NCBI GenBank assembly: GCA_965603825.1
Contig: CBFDEM010000029.1
Location: forward strand, 124,001-188,000
Direction of reading: 5' to 3'
DNA: 64,000 nt
Source: Blepharisma stoltei ATCC 30299
Taxonomy: Eukaryota; Protista; Ciliophora
Part shown: positions 46,722-57,667 of the stretch, piece after piece
Position numbering within the stretch: position 1 is the stretch's first letter
Layout: every line of letters begins with the position of its first letter
Notes under the pieces: model-generated
What the model was told of the DNA's origin: nothing
Seen by the model: the letters and a program-made list of their open reading frames with translations, nothing else
The model's database searches: none
Position numbers and translations under genes: made by a program

Positions 46722-49050
46722 TTATTTAACTAAGCATTCGTCTATTGTATTCAGCAATACTTCTATAAGTCCCATATCCTCAGATTTTGAGGATTTTCTG
46801 TGTTCCTCTATTTGCCTTTTAATCCACAGGCATCTTTGTGCGTCTTCAAACGTTAAAATCAGCTGAGTATTATCAGTTTTTTGCTTCACCAAAAGAACAA
46901 GACTTCTTGGATCCGATCTATCAGTCATTGCTTCAACATCCCTCAAATTAGTAATGATAACTATTTTTGCATACCCCATTAGTTCAATATCTGGCTCTAC
47001 AAGTACAAATTTGTCATCATCTTCCGTAAAATAAAGAATTTTCTCCTTTTTCCCGTCTTTCACAAAGCACCTAAAGCAAGTTCTTCCATCTAAATAATAA
47101 TTACCCATTGAATGAACTTCGCCTTCTTTCCATAAACAAGGAGTTTTCATATAATTTAAAGGATAAGTGTCAATATCAAAATCTGTATTCACGTCTTTTG
47201 CACATAATAAATGATGCATTTTTCTATACAGGAAAAATAAACTCACATTGCATCTAGCTTCTTCTACGTCTCCTGATGGACGACGATGCTCAAGAGGGAT
47301 ATTGGACTCAAGCTCATTTAAAAGAGGCAGAAGTAAATGGCTTGGACAGATAATTTTGTCATTGAATTTTAAGCTTGATATTCTATTTCATTCTTCTTCA
47401 AATAGTTCTAATAACAGGCTATCGTGGAAATTGGCTTTAACTAACTTTTTTAAAGCTGCAATCGTTCGTTTTAAGGCTTTTTTAAGGGATAATTCATGCT
47501 CTGGAAGCAAGCAGATGTTAGAGTCTTTTTTATAAACCAAGCTGAGCATCAGTTTGCATATTGCATGGCATGTAAAAATCCTGAATGACGGCTCTAAATT
47601 TATAAGTCTTAAAAGCATTGAGATCACTCCAGATTCGTAATTTATCTTTTGCAGATCCTTTGCCTCTTCTCCTAAATCCTTGTTTTCTTCCCGGGGACGC
47701 CCAGATTGGTCTTTTATCTTCTTGTTTTCTACTGGCATTAATCCTGCTCCTCATAAAATTGTAGAGCTGACTGACCCATTTAAGATAACTCCTTGAATTA
47801 TCAGCACAGTTAAAGTAACAAGATTGTCATCTCTTGATCTCAAAAATGAAAATATAACATCTCTAATGGTATTATGTCTTAAGTTTTCAGGCTCTTCTAA
47901 GTAGTCAAGATAGTCCAGCATTTGAGATCCAAGCCTGATTGCATCAGTTGACGGCGATAAGTCTCTTGATCCTCCAGCTAACGCTTGCAATGGAGGAGAA
48001 TTCATAGTAAGTGTAAGCAATTCTTCTCGCACTTCTTTCAAAAATAAGCATGCTGCAAGGGTATTGATTAAAGGTGGGTGCCTTATTGTTTTCAATATTT
48101 GTATAATTAAATAAGCAGCAAGAGGGATCCCTAGATGATGCTGCATATGCCTTTCCGACCCTAAAGAGCCTACAAGTACAGGCAGAATTATATGTCTTAA
48201 TAACAAATCAGCTAATTCTTGATTAATTTCGATTATATCTTGCTCAAAAATATCATTCATAAAATACAAATTATCAACATGATCTTTGATAATTTGTTCA
48301 AGTTTAGAGGAATTTGACATACTCATTATTTTCTGATCCAAAGCATACCATTGCTCTCTCATAGACAGCACAATTGCTATAAAAAATCCACTCTGACTTA
48401 TGTACTGAATTATACTTTCGTCTTGCACTACTTAATCTTTACATTTAAATATACTTAAAATCACTGTTCTTGCTGCAGTTTTTATCATTTGGTCTTTTGA
48501 ATCTATAAACGCAAAAGCACCAGTATATAACGAAAAGTTTTGCCCTAAAACATAAGATTTCAGTTGTTCAGATTTCAGATTTGTTGCAAGACTTTTCAAT
48601 AGAGACATATAGTTTTCTACAATTTCTTCATCGTTTGAGTCATATGGGTGACTTATAACCTCGCCATAGAAAGGGGTATTGAGTAAGTATTCTATTTTGA
48701 AAATACGTTTATCTTCGTCCGAATCAAGATTGTGAACCAGCATGTTTGCTGATTGAATTAGTTGGATTAACAGAGGTTTAGATTGGAAACTCAGAAATCT
48801 TCTGAATAAACTTTGGACGTCAGCTTTCATAAAAAAGCTAGGTAGAGATTACTCAAAGAAATTTTGATAATTTTGTTCACTTCATACCAAGGCTTCTGTC
48901 ATTGATCTGACCAACTCGACTGCTTGTTCTTCATTTTTAGGAGTAATCTCATAGAAGAAACTAAGCTCTCTATGCATCTCTCTGGAATTATAATTACTGA
49001 AAGATTTCGTAAGTATATTTGGTTTTGCTTCCGAATATTTTGGAAATCAT
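46722..49050 (-). CDS. CLEC16A: CLEC16A/GOP-1/TT9-family protein (FPL domain) (~755 aa), four micro-introns
   Basis: VELVRSMTEALVWSEQ..NFFDFFM, DEEIVENYMSLLKSLA, FSLYTGA, MIKTAARTVILSIFK, HVDNLYFMNDIF, HLLLP...RRPSGDVEE. All four introns and three TGAs keep one frame. Confidence 0.88.
48428..48442 (-). other. 15-nt intron GTAAAGATTAAGTAG
   Basis: Removes a TAA; gives SIFKLQDESIIQYI. Confidence 0.9.
48692..48706 (-). other. 15-nt in-frame stopless intron GTATTTTCAAAATAG
   Basis: Matches the local consensus; removal restores CLEC16A spacing N-x8-YLL. Confidence 0.7.
48838..48852 (-). other. 15-nt intron GTAATCTCTACCTAG
   Basis: Removes a TAA; restores the conserved FDFF motif. Confidence 0.92.
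48982..48997 (-). other. 16-nt intron GTAATTATAATTCCAG
   Basis: Links the ATG 49050 exon in frame to exon 2. Confidence 0.85.
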
Positions 49051-49530
49051 TTATTAGAATTTTTGATTTAAATAAATTTCAAGATTAATAGTGTTAAATA
49101 TCTTTAAAGCATGAAACATTTTCTTGAAATTCACCGTAACTTTAATGAAGTTCTAGTAAAATTTCAGCAGTCTTAAAATAATTATTTTTCCACAAATAGT
49201 GAGTAAACAATCAGATGCAATTATGAACATTATAAAGCATAAAACTTCAAGTAAAAACTAAAATTGCAAGAAATAACATTTATCATAGCTTTATGAAATA
49301 TTTTCGGCTAGGAATAAATAAATTAATAGATGAACTGATATAAATAAAGAGCTTCAACCTTAATATAATGCTAAATTACACATATTATTATAAAAATTTT
49401 AATATTTATAGAAATTTAATTTTTAAAATAATTTTACTATTAAATTCATAATAAAATTTATTAGCTTTTTCTCTTTATCTTTAATTAAAATTTGTTTTAT
49501 TAGGTAGGGGGATACAAATTTGCAATTAAA

Positions 49531-49896
49531 ATGTCGAAAAGAGAGAGAGGTGAAAATCGTCGTGTTGTTGTGTCTGGATTCGGAAGCAATATCACTTCTG
49601 ATTCAATTGCTGCCGTTTTTACGCCTTATGGTAAGGTTGAGGGCATTCGCTTCAAAGGCAGGAAATGCTGCACTGTTCAATTTGAAGAATCAGAAAGCGT
49701 CTTGAAAGCAATACAGCTTCATGGTTCCCGACAGCCTTTACTGAATACGACTCAATTGAATGTCACTCCCATTGATCCGTTGCCTGTTAAGAAGTCGAAA
49801 GTTTATGCGGGATCCTTTGTTGTATTAGATCCACCCCGGTTTAATAATTTCTTGATTCCTGTTTTGCCATCTTTTATGTCATCAGGTTTCAAGTAG
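49531..49896 (+). CDS. Small single-RRM protein (121 aa)
   Basis: RVVVSGFG...VFTPYGKVEGIRF...CCTVQFE...AIQLHG fits a degenerate RRM. Confidence 0.75.
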   Translation: MSKRERGENRRVVVSGFGSNITSDSIAAVFTPYGKVEGIRFKGRKCCTVQFEESESVLKAIQLHGSRQPLLNTTQLNVTPIDPLPVKKSKVYAGSFVVLDPPRFNNFLIPVLPSFMSSGFK

Positions 49897-50060
49897 GATA
49901 ATTAACAATTTAAAAATTCTGTGTGTTTATGCCGAATTATGATTGAGATGTTGATTCTAGGGAAGATAGCTTTTAATAATAGTGAGGATTATACAAATAA
50001 ATTTAAAGAAATAAGAAATGCTCATTTGCCGTATTTTTAAGTTATTTGAGAAAAATTGTA

Positions 50061-50381
50061 ATGGGTTGTGGAACTTCAAGCGATACGAGTAGAGTCGTCG
50101 AACCTTTGGCTTCTCAAAGGCAAAGGCCAAAAATTAATAGCAAGACTTCTGTATCCAATTCACTTGCAAAGCCAACACTAAGAGATAATAGGCCAAAATC
50201 ATCCCAATTAATGAAATTTTTCAGAACTAAAAAATCGAAAAGCAAAAGCGCATCGCAAAAATATAGAATCTCAAGGCTTTCTACACTTCAAAGAAAGCCA
50301 ACTCATGATGGAAGCCGTGTTAATCTATTAATTGAAGATGGGCTTGACCTAATAGGTACTGATGATCTAATACTCAGCTAG
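50061..50381 (+). CDS. Small basic protein with N-myristoylation/palmitoylation motif MGCGTS (106 aa)
   Basis: MGCxxS consensus at ATG 50061; K/R/S-rich. Confidence 0.6.
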   Translation: MGCGTSSDTSRVVEPLASQRQRPKINSKTSVSNSLAKPTLRDNRPKSSQLMKFFRTKKSKSKSASQKYRISRLSTLQRKPTHDGSRVNLLIEDGLDLIGTDDLILS

Positions 50382-50618
50382 CTTATTGCTAACTACAATG
50401 GATTATAAGGAATATTTAGTTCAATTTAAAAGAATAATTCAATAAAATACTTTTATATATAAAGCACAATTCAATGCTAATTTTGTAAAGAACCTTAAAC
50501 TAATAATCATATATAAACGTTAAAAATTAATCAACAAACAATTTATTCAGGTAATCTAATCGTTAACTTAAAGTATTCGTTTTTGAACGCAATTACTTAA
50601 CGACATATTTTACAATCA

Positions 50619-51146
50619 TTAAGCATGTGCTGAAATCTCTTTTCCTATTATCCTACTATTAAACTCCCTATGACTTGCCTTCTCAAACACTTCCAGAGTC
50701 TTGATTATAGTTCTTTTGAGCTTTGAAAAACTGATTCCAATCTGAAAACTTTTAGGCACTTGATGCTCTTTCATGATTTGTTCTAGGATTTCTTTTGACA
50801 CACTTTTAATCTGCTCGACTTTGACTGAGTCCACCTCATATCGTAGCCGTTTCATTCGCTTGATACAAATTTCAACTGCATCAAGAAGGAGTGTTTTTCG
50901 CTTTTTATAAAGAATTTGTGCGAACAGACGAAGATGAATGTTTTGAGCTTCTATATCGAGCTCAGTAGTACTTCTACTACTCTCAAGTGCTGAGACTTTG
51001 TTTCTTAAGCTTTCTACTTGCCTTTCAAGATTCTAAATAGATAATACTTGTATAGCCTCTCCGACAACCTCAATATCCGAGTCAAGGACATGTGAATGGT
51101 CTCCTAAACTTTGAGCGAAAACAGTTCATCGATATATGTCTTGCAT
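50619..51146 (-). CDS. Hypothetical coiled-coil protein (~170 aa), one intron
   Basis: ATG at 51146, TGA at 51126; intron 51033-51047 removes a TAG. Confidence 0.65.
51033..51047 (-). other. 15-nt intron GTATTATCTATTTAG
   Basis: Consensus match; removes an in-frame TAG. Confidence 0.8.
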
Positions 51147-51447
51147 CTTGTGAAAAAATATAGTTATAAACGGATAGTTTTCATTAAACATTCTGAAAAC
51201 AAAATGGCTTTGATTTAGTTTGAATGGAACTTAAGAAAATTGTCATACACTGAAAAATAATGATTTCGTTTGAATAATTTAATTGAGGAGAAGAAGAAAT
51301 TGAAGAAGGTGAGGGGAAGAAGGCGAAGAAGATTAAATTAAATAATCTTTCTTTATTTTCAAAAATTTTATTAGAGCAGATTTTATCTTAACAAGAAAAC
51401 TGTGATAAAAAATACTAATTTATTGATATTAAATATTTATACGATCT

Positions 51448-52602
51448 TTACAAAGCTTTTTCTAATATCTTCCTATTCAGATCAAATTTATAGCAGTTCA
51501 TATTTCCATATGAAATAAAGCTAATAAATATTTCTTCTTTCCAAAACTTCCTCATCGCGCATGAATACCACATAATTTTGAATTCTCCAATAATATCCCA
51601 TTTATATTCATTATTTATACCGCTCTCAAAGATATTTCCAAGCTCTTCAATAGCATAAACCCTTGATTTCCCATTAAACAGCATCTTATTTTTATACATC
51701 TTTAAGCTTAGTTCTTTGATTTCTGAGTAGCTTTCAATTTCTAAGTCAAATTTGTAAAGATTTTCATGAAGATTCCCACATAATAAAATAGACCCATTAA
51801 AATTAACACAAGAGCATCTATAAGATCTCAATGGAAGAGGGGTAAGCTGGATTCATCTGTTTTCTTTTAAATTAAGCTTTATGGAAAGCCCTAATGAATC
51901 CTTTTCATCCAAACCTCCAAACAGAAAAATGCAATTTTTATAATAAAGTCCTTCAGAATATGATGAAGGCGGTCCTGGTGGTAGAATTTTTTTTATCGAA
52001 ATAGACTTGAGGTCAATTATGCAGCAAGCCCCAGAAGAAGGATAAGAATTTCCATAAAAAAATAATTCTTTGTTTGGGAGTTGAATTACAGTTGTCCCTG
52101 CATAAAATTGAAAAGGGGTTTCAAGAAATTCTTGGCTGGTTCTATTTGTTTCTATGTCGTAGCTTGATAAAACAGTTCTGTTGTTTTTAAAATCAACATT
52201 ATAAAGAAATCTTGAATCAAACTTGGATTGCTGTATAAAATTTTCGATTTTTTTCAAAAAATCATTATATTTTTGAACCATAGCTTTATAACTCCGGCTC
52301 TTTTTCAAATTAGGATTATTAAAAAAAGTTAGATTTTCCTTTTGACCAGCTCTGCGTGCAGCACTAAATTCACTTCTAAGCTCAGCTTTAAGTGTTTCAA
52401 ACTTTAGCTCATTAATTTCAAAAGTGCCTGATAAATATTTGCTGATCAAGCTTTCCAACTTATTTTCAAATTCTAAAATTGTAAGTAGCTTTGAGTTTAC
52501 TTCATCTTTTGAATGATGAGTAGCACTAGTTTTTTCTGGAGTTGCGTTAGGTAAGTTTCTTAGGCTTGATTCTCTACATATGGATAAATTTACTTCCTCC
52601 AT
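51448..52602 (-). CDS. Divergent kelch-like beta-propeller protein, copy 1 (384 aa)
   Basis: QLPNKELFFYG, YYKNCIFLFGG, ENR-W-IQLTPLP, YKFDL; joined via TGA at 51853. Confidence 0.75.
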
Positions 52603-52947
52603 TTCTTATGATAATTCAAATTAAAATATTTTCATAAGCTATAAATTAATCTATGCTATTTTCTTGCTTTAATAAAGAAATAATTTGAATATTTTGAAAT
52701 AAGGGTGTACTTAAATGAAAAATTAAGACGAAGATTAATTATGGAGATTATTAATGATTATAATGCTTTTTTATGATTTGTGAACTATTGTTTATATAAT
52801 CCATTTATAAATTGAAAAATTTTAAGGATTATCATTAGTCTATTTGGTGTCTTATCGATTTTAAAGCAACAGTTCTTACAATTTTTAATCGCAAATGCAA
52901 TTATTTGAAATCTTAAATTAATTAATGCATCTTTATTATTTAAGTGC

Positions 52948-53758
52948 TTATATTTCTTTGAAGACTAGCAGCATATCTTCAGTCATAAACAGACTTAAAC
53001 ACAATTTCGGATATTTTACAAAACTGAGCCACATTAGAATCAATAAAGGAGCCAAGAGCTTTCATATTGAATAGCAATTCAATTTTTGATTTCTAAGTGC
53101 CTTTATAAAGCAGCATAGTGAAATACCAAAAATTAAGGCTACCACGCTTGAGGAAATAATTAAATAAACGAAAATTTCAGGCATATTCAAAAGAACTAGT
53201 AATATCATGATGCAAATAAATATTGCAAAAATAGAATTAAACAACTTGGAATTAATAACGGCGAGCCCGAATTTTTGAGATTTGTTTTGATCAAGATTTG
53301 GCTGAATTTTAAACTCATCGCATTCTCGTAATTGATCTTCTGAATCAATTTCATATATGGTGAGCTATCTTAGTGCTTGTAAAGCAATTCACTTTTATGC
53401 TCCTAAGTCCTAGCTGGTATTTATAATTTAAAATGAAAATATCAACTATGATTGAAGAAGCCAGTGATGTAGCAAATTTGATATTCCATATTAGCATTTT
53501 TATTTTTGATGAAAATGCCAAACTAGGGACTTGAGAGTGCAAATGCAGTTTAGTGGGAATCTATTTCAATCTATAGCTATAAGATTTAGATGAATGACTG
53601 TCAATACAAGCCTCAATTTCGATATTAGATAAGTCTATAAAGACTGACTCTTCGCTATTATTGAGTATCTCAGCTTCGCAGCAGAATGATTTATCTGCAA
53701 CGGTTGCATTTTCTTCGTTGTACAAAGCCTCTTTAGGAGCATCTTGATTATTCATCAT
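52948..53758 (-). pseudogene. Decayed C-terminal multi-TM gene, copy A
   Basis: In-frame TAG at 53561 plus a frameshift. C-terminus WKLLAPLLILMWLSF...LLVFKEI* is paralogous to 55385-55946. Confidence 0.55.
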
Positions 53759-54096
53759 GATTCTACAATCTTATATATATTGTAAGGATATTTCATATTA
53801 TTAGTAATGTGCGTAACTTTTGATCATGCTTAAATTATTCTTCACCATTTTTAGATAATTGAATAAAATAATCCAAAAAATGCTAATTTATCATGTACAA
53901 AATTGATTTTAAAGGACTTATTAAGAAAAACTAAGGGTTGTATTCTTAAATTGCATAAATTTCTTATATGTAATTTTATAATATTAATAGCGCATTATAA
54001 TTGATATCACAATCAGCATTTGCCTATCAGTTATTTTAATACAATCAATGTTATATGAAAGATTTATTAAAAGCATTAATTTTAATTAAATAAATA

Positions 54097-55134
54097 CTAT
54101 TCTTGATACTCAAAATCTTCAAATAATTTATCAATTTGAATACTCTTTGTGCTTAAATCAAAATTGAAATAGCCAATACGGTTATAAAAGCTGTTATAAA
54201 TAGTTCCAATAAATATATGATTATCCTTAAATACTCAATTATTTTGCAAAATATTGCAATCAATATCTCATTGCCCTACAGTTGTTCAAAAATTTCAGTC
54301 TCCATCTTTGCACTCAGAAATTGACCTACCTTGCTCGATAGCATAAAATTTCAAGTTTCCATAGCAAAGTATCTTAGAAGTTTCTGAATTCAAATCAATA
54401 TTATAAATAGTAGAATAACTATCAATTTCAATATTATACGCATATAATTTATTATAATTAAATCCAGCAATCAATATTATATGCTTGAAAAGCACACAAG
54501 AGCAATTTTTTGAGGCTGTTGGCAATGGTGTCAATTTAAATCACATATTTTTTTCTAAATCAAATCTTTCTGCAAGAGTTTGTTCACATCAATTATCTTC
54601 AATATTTCCTCCAAAAATGTAAACAGAATTATTATGATATAATCCTCCCGAAGCGCAGCATGATTTTCCATATGGTAACAATCTTTTTAGTGAATAATTT
54701 TTCACGTCAATTATACACGCTATTCCTGAGAAATCATCGTAAGTTCCATAACAAAAAAGCTCATCATTTGGAAGGAGAATTATGCATGTAGCATCTGTTA
54801 ATGCTTCATGGGTATCCATAATAATTTCTTCTCTTATTTTTGTTTCGATATCATAGATTCATAAATACGTTAGAAAATCATTTCTATTTACTAAATAAAT
54901 ATATTTGTGGCAATATAAGTTATATTCTTGATCAAGGTTTAGTCTTTTCATTTCAAGTTCATATGCTTTCTTATTTATTTCTCAGCTATTTACTTAATAC
55001 TCTTTTGCTCTCTCTTTTATGTCTCCTTTAATATCTTCTGCTTCGATTTCTATTTGAGATCTAATTTTATAGCAGTCTTCCAAATTGTGATATTGATATA
55101 GAGTTTGGCTTAGCTCATTCTTAGTAGTCTTCAT
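54097..55134 (-). CDS. Divergent kelch-like protein, copy 2 (~340 aa), one intron, eight TGA codons
   Basis: LLPNDELFCYG, YHNNSVYIFGG, AERFDLEKNM-W-FKLTPLP. Frame intact from ATG 55134 to TAG 54097 after splicing 54986-55000. Confidence 0.78.
54986..55000 (-). other. 15-nt intron GTATTAAGTAAATAG
   Basis: Removes a TAA; A at position 10. Confidence 0.75.
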
Positions 55135-55384
55135 TTTATTGAAGGTTAAAATCTAATATTGAATTATTATTGCTCATTCATTGATTTTTAAGACTTCTTA
55201 CCATTCAGAATTTTGAAAAGCTCAAATAAATCTCGGTATGCTAATCCAAATTATTTAATTTTTCAGCATTAATTAAGCATTAGTGTTTTGTAAAATTCAG
55301 AATAATAAAACTTATGCTTCATTATTAAGTCTTCCTTTAAATATTTTGAAACCATTAATTAATGAAATATAATTTATAAATTGC

Positions 55385-55946
55385 TTATATTTCCTTAAAG
55401 CTGGTTAATAGAATATTCTCAGCCGGAAATAGACCGAAAATTTCCTTAGGTAATTGAATATTTGCACTAAAGAACCAAATAGAGATTAAAAGAGGTAGCA
55501 AAATTCATATTCCAGTCTTTACTTCAAAGTAATGTAGGCAAATAGCAGAAGCAATAAAAATTGTGACTAAAATGCATAAGGCATTAATTAGATAAAGCAT
55601 ATGTCAAAGAGTCAGCAAATTATTTATGCAAATAACTATGGCGAAAAAAATGCTAAGCTTCTTGTAATTATTTTGGAAATATTGTTCAACTTCGAATTGG
55701 TTTTGTTTGAGAGCGAGCTTTGCTGAAGGCTTGCTTGACAATTCAGAGGTGTCCTTAGAGATTATCTCATTTTTTTTTGTTGGTTTGATCTTGATTAGCA
55801 GCCTCAATTTCGTCATCGGATTGGCTTAGGAGATTTTTAAATTGCTCTGGATCAGCTTCCCTTCAGTTTGGTCTAAATTTATCAGTTGCATCATTTTCTG
55901 TGGATGAATTTGAGACCACATCGGAAGAATGGAGAGTATTAGACAT
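55385..55946 (-). pseudogene. C-terminal multi-TM gene, copy B, with a single +1 frameshift in an A9 run
   Basis: The ATG 55946 frame switches at the homopolymer 55770-55778; ends WILLPLLISIWFF...LLTSFKEI*. It may be intact if the run is an assembly error. Confidence 0.55.
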
Positions 55947-56322
55947 GAAAATAAAATATTTTAGGTGAGATAGCAAATAATCTGGTATAGCTAGGGAGGA
56001 TAAATAAATCTAAAATATATTTACACAATAAAGTTATAATTCTAAAATTGCTAAATATTGCACTTAATATCATAGAGTTACTGAATTTTAATTAATAGAT
56101 CAGACAGTACTTTCTATTAAACCGTTTGAAGATTATATGCATACGATAATCTTGCTTATGAAACATCAATTATTGTAAAATTACTCTATCATCTTTTTAC
56201 GATAATATGGATCCTCAAATAAAGTATCAATTTTAACATTATTTTAATTTGAATAGAAATATATAAATTGGCTTAATTTGTTCTCAATAGCTCTCATTTT
56301 ATTAAAAAGTAATTATCACAGA

Positions 56323-56868
56323 TTATTTTTTCTGCATTACCAAATTTGCTGCGATATTGAAAGCAATTTTAATATTTTTATTCGTTTTTGAAGATACTTC
56401 CAAATACATAATTCCGATCTCATCTGCTAAACTTTTACCCTCTTCATAACTTACAACTCTTTCGTTTGTTAAATCTGATTTAGTACCAATTATCATCGTT
56501 TTGACTTGTTTTCAGGCTTTCTCTTTCACTTCTTCAATTCATTTCTTGATACTTAAAAAAGAAAATTTGTTAGTTAGATCAAAAAAAATTAAGGCTACAT
56601 CACTGCTTTGATAATAGATTTGATAAGGATCAAACCTATCTCCTCACGTTTGTCATCGATAAAATGATATATCATTGCCATCAAATTTAAAATATTTTTG
56701 ATAGATTACTCAATCACTACCTCCAACTAGAATATGGTGATTATTAGTTTTATTTTCATACTTGGAGCACCTATTATAAAAAGATGTTATTCCTACATAT
56801 GGGTCTCCAAGTAATATAACTTGGTATCATTGGAGGCTAATTTATAAATACCTTGGTTTTAAGTCCAT
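56323..56868 (-). CDS. Atypical Rab-like small GTPase (176 aa) with degenerate G1/G3 and no prenylation site; absent from ORF track
   Basis: VILLGDPYVGITS, RWQTWGDRF, YYQSSDVALIFFDLT..SF.SIKKWIEEV, IIGTKSDL..ER.VS.EEG..LA, YLEVSSK. Six TGA codons; intron 56837-56851. Confidence 0.8.
56837..56851 (-). other. 15-nt intron GTATTTATAAATTAG
   Basis: Removes an in-frame TAA. Confidence 0.85.
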
Positions 56869-56989
56869 TTGTATTTTCGATATTAATAAAGATCATTTCA
56901 AATAGAATTCAATACGGGATTCAGGATATAGCCAAGAAGAGAGGAAATTAACTCAAAATTTTTTTTAGTGATTGAAAATTCATTTAATC

Positions 56990-57387
56990 TAACCTTCTAA
57001 CTTCAGAAACAAAAGTCACTCGTCTATCTACTCCTACATATGTTTTTTGATGGAAGGATTTGTGTATGCCTTTTGCCTGAAAACGTGCTATTTTGCTATG
57101 GAGGTACCAAAGCATGAGCAGAATTGATTGAAATTACTTGTTTGATCAATGAAAAGCTTGAAATTCAAATGCTGTCTTCTGGATTGCCAGCTCTTGGATG
57201 TATTGCAAGTTATTATCAAAATTTCGTTTATGTATTTGGGACTGCTTTTGCTAGAAAATTTAATTTAAATAAACGAAAATGGGAAAAATTGATACTGATT
57301 CCAGACTTTTATAGATTATGTAGCTGCATTACATTTAATGACTTTAGTTTGGCTTCTGAATATGATTCCCAAAAAATATGTTGGTAA
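56990..57387 (+). pseudogene. Kelch-like family fragment, copy 3 (inverted, frameshifted, truncated)
   Basis: ICVCLLPENVLFCYG...YYQNFVYVFG..ARKFNLNKRKWEKL closely parallels copy 4; frameshift near 57045 and early TAA at 57385. Confidence 0.65.
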
Positions 57388-57667
57388 ATATCTCATTTAA
57401 ATAGCATAAGCTAAAAGTCAATTGTTCTTAAAATCAATGCTAATTTGTTTATGATGATTAAAGTCATTATTTGCAATATATTTAGGATCAGTAAATTTAC
57501 GCATTACACTCTTCTAAGTTTGAGAATGTCTGAATGAAAATATATGTTCAAAAATATTTGGTGTTTGATATTTAAGACATATCTTGTTAATTGAGTATAA
57601 ATATGATACTAATAGGCGAACAGAACTATTATAATTATACTTATACTTATTCGAAGTAAAAATCTCT

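Noticed and set aside
51285-51335. GA-rich purine tract
   Set aside because: Short low-complexity intergenic sequence with no supportable function.
53561-53577. Micro-intron to rescue the TAG in TM gene A
   Set aside because: No GT at -15/-16; only a non-consensus 17-nt GC-AG candidate, which would shift the frame.
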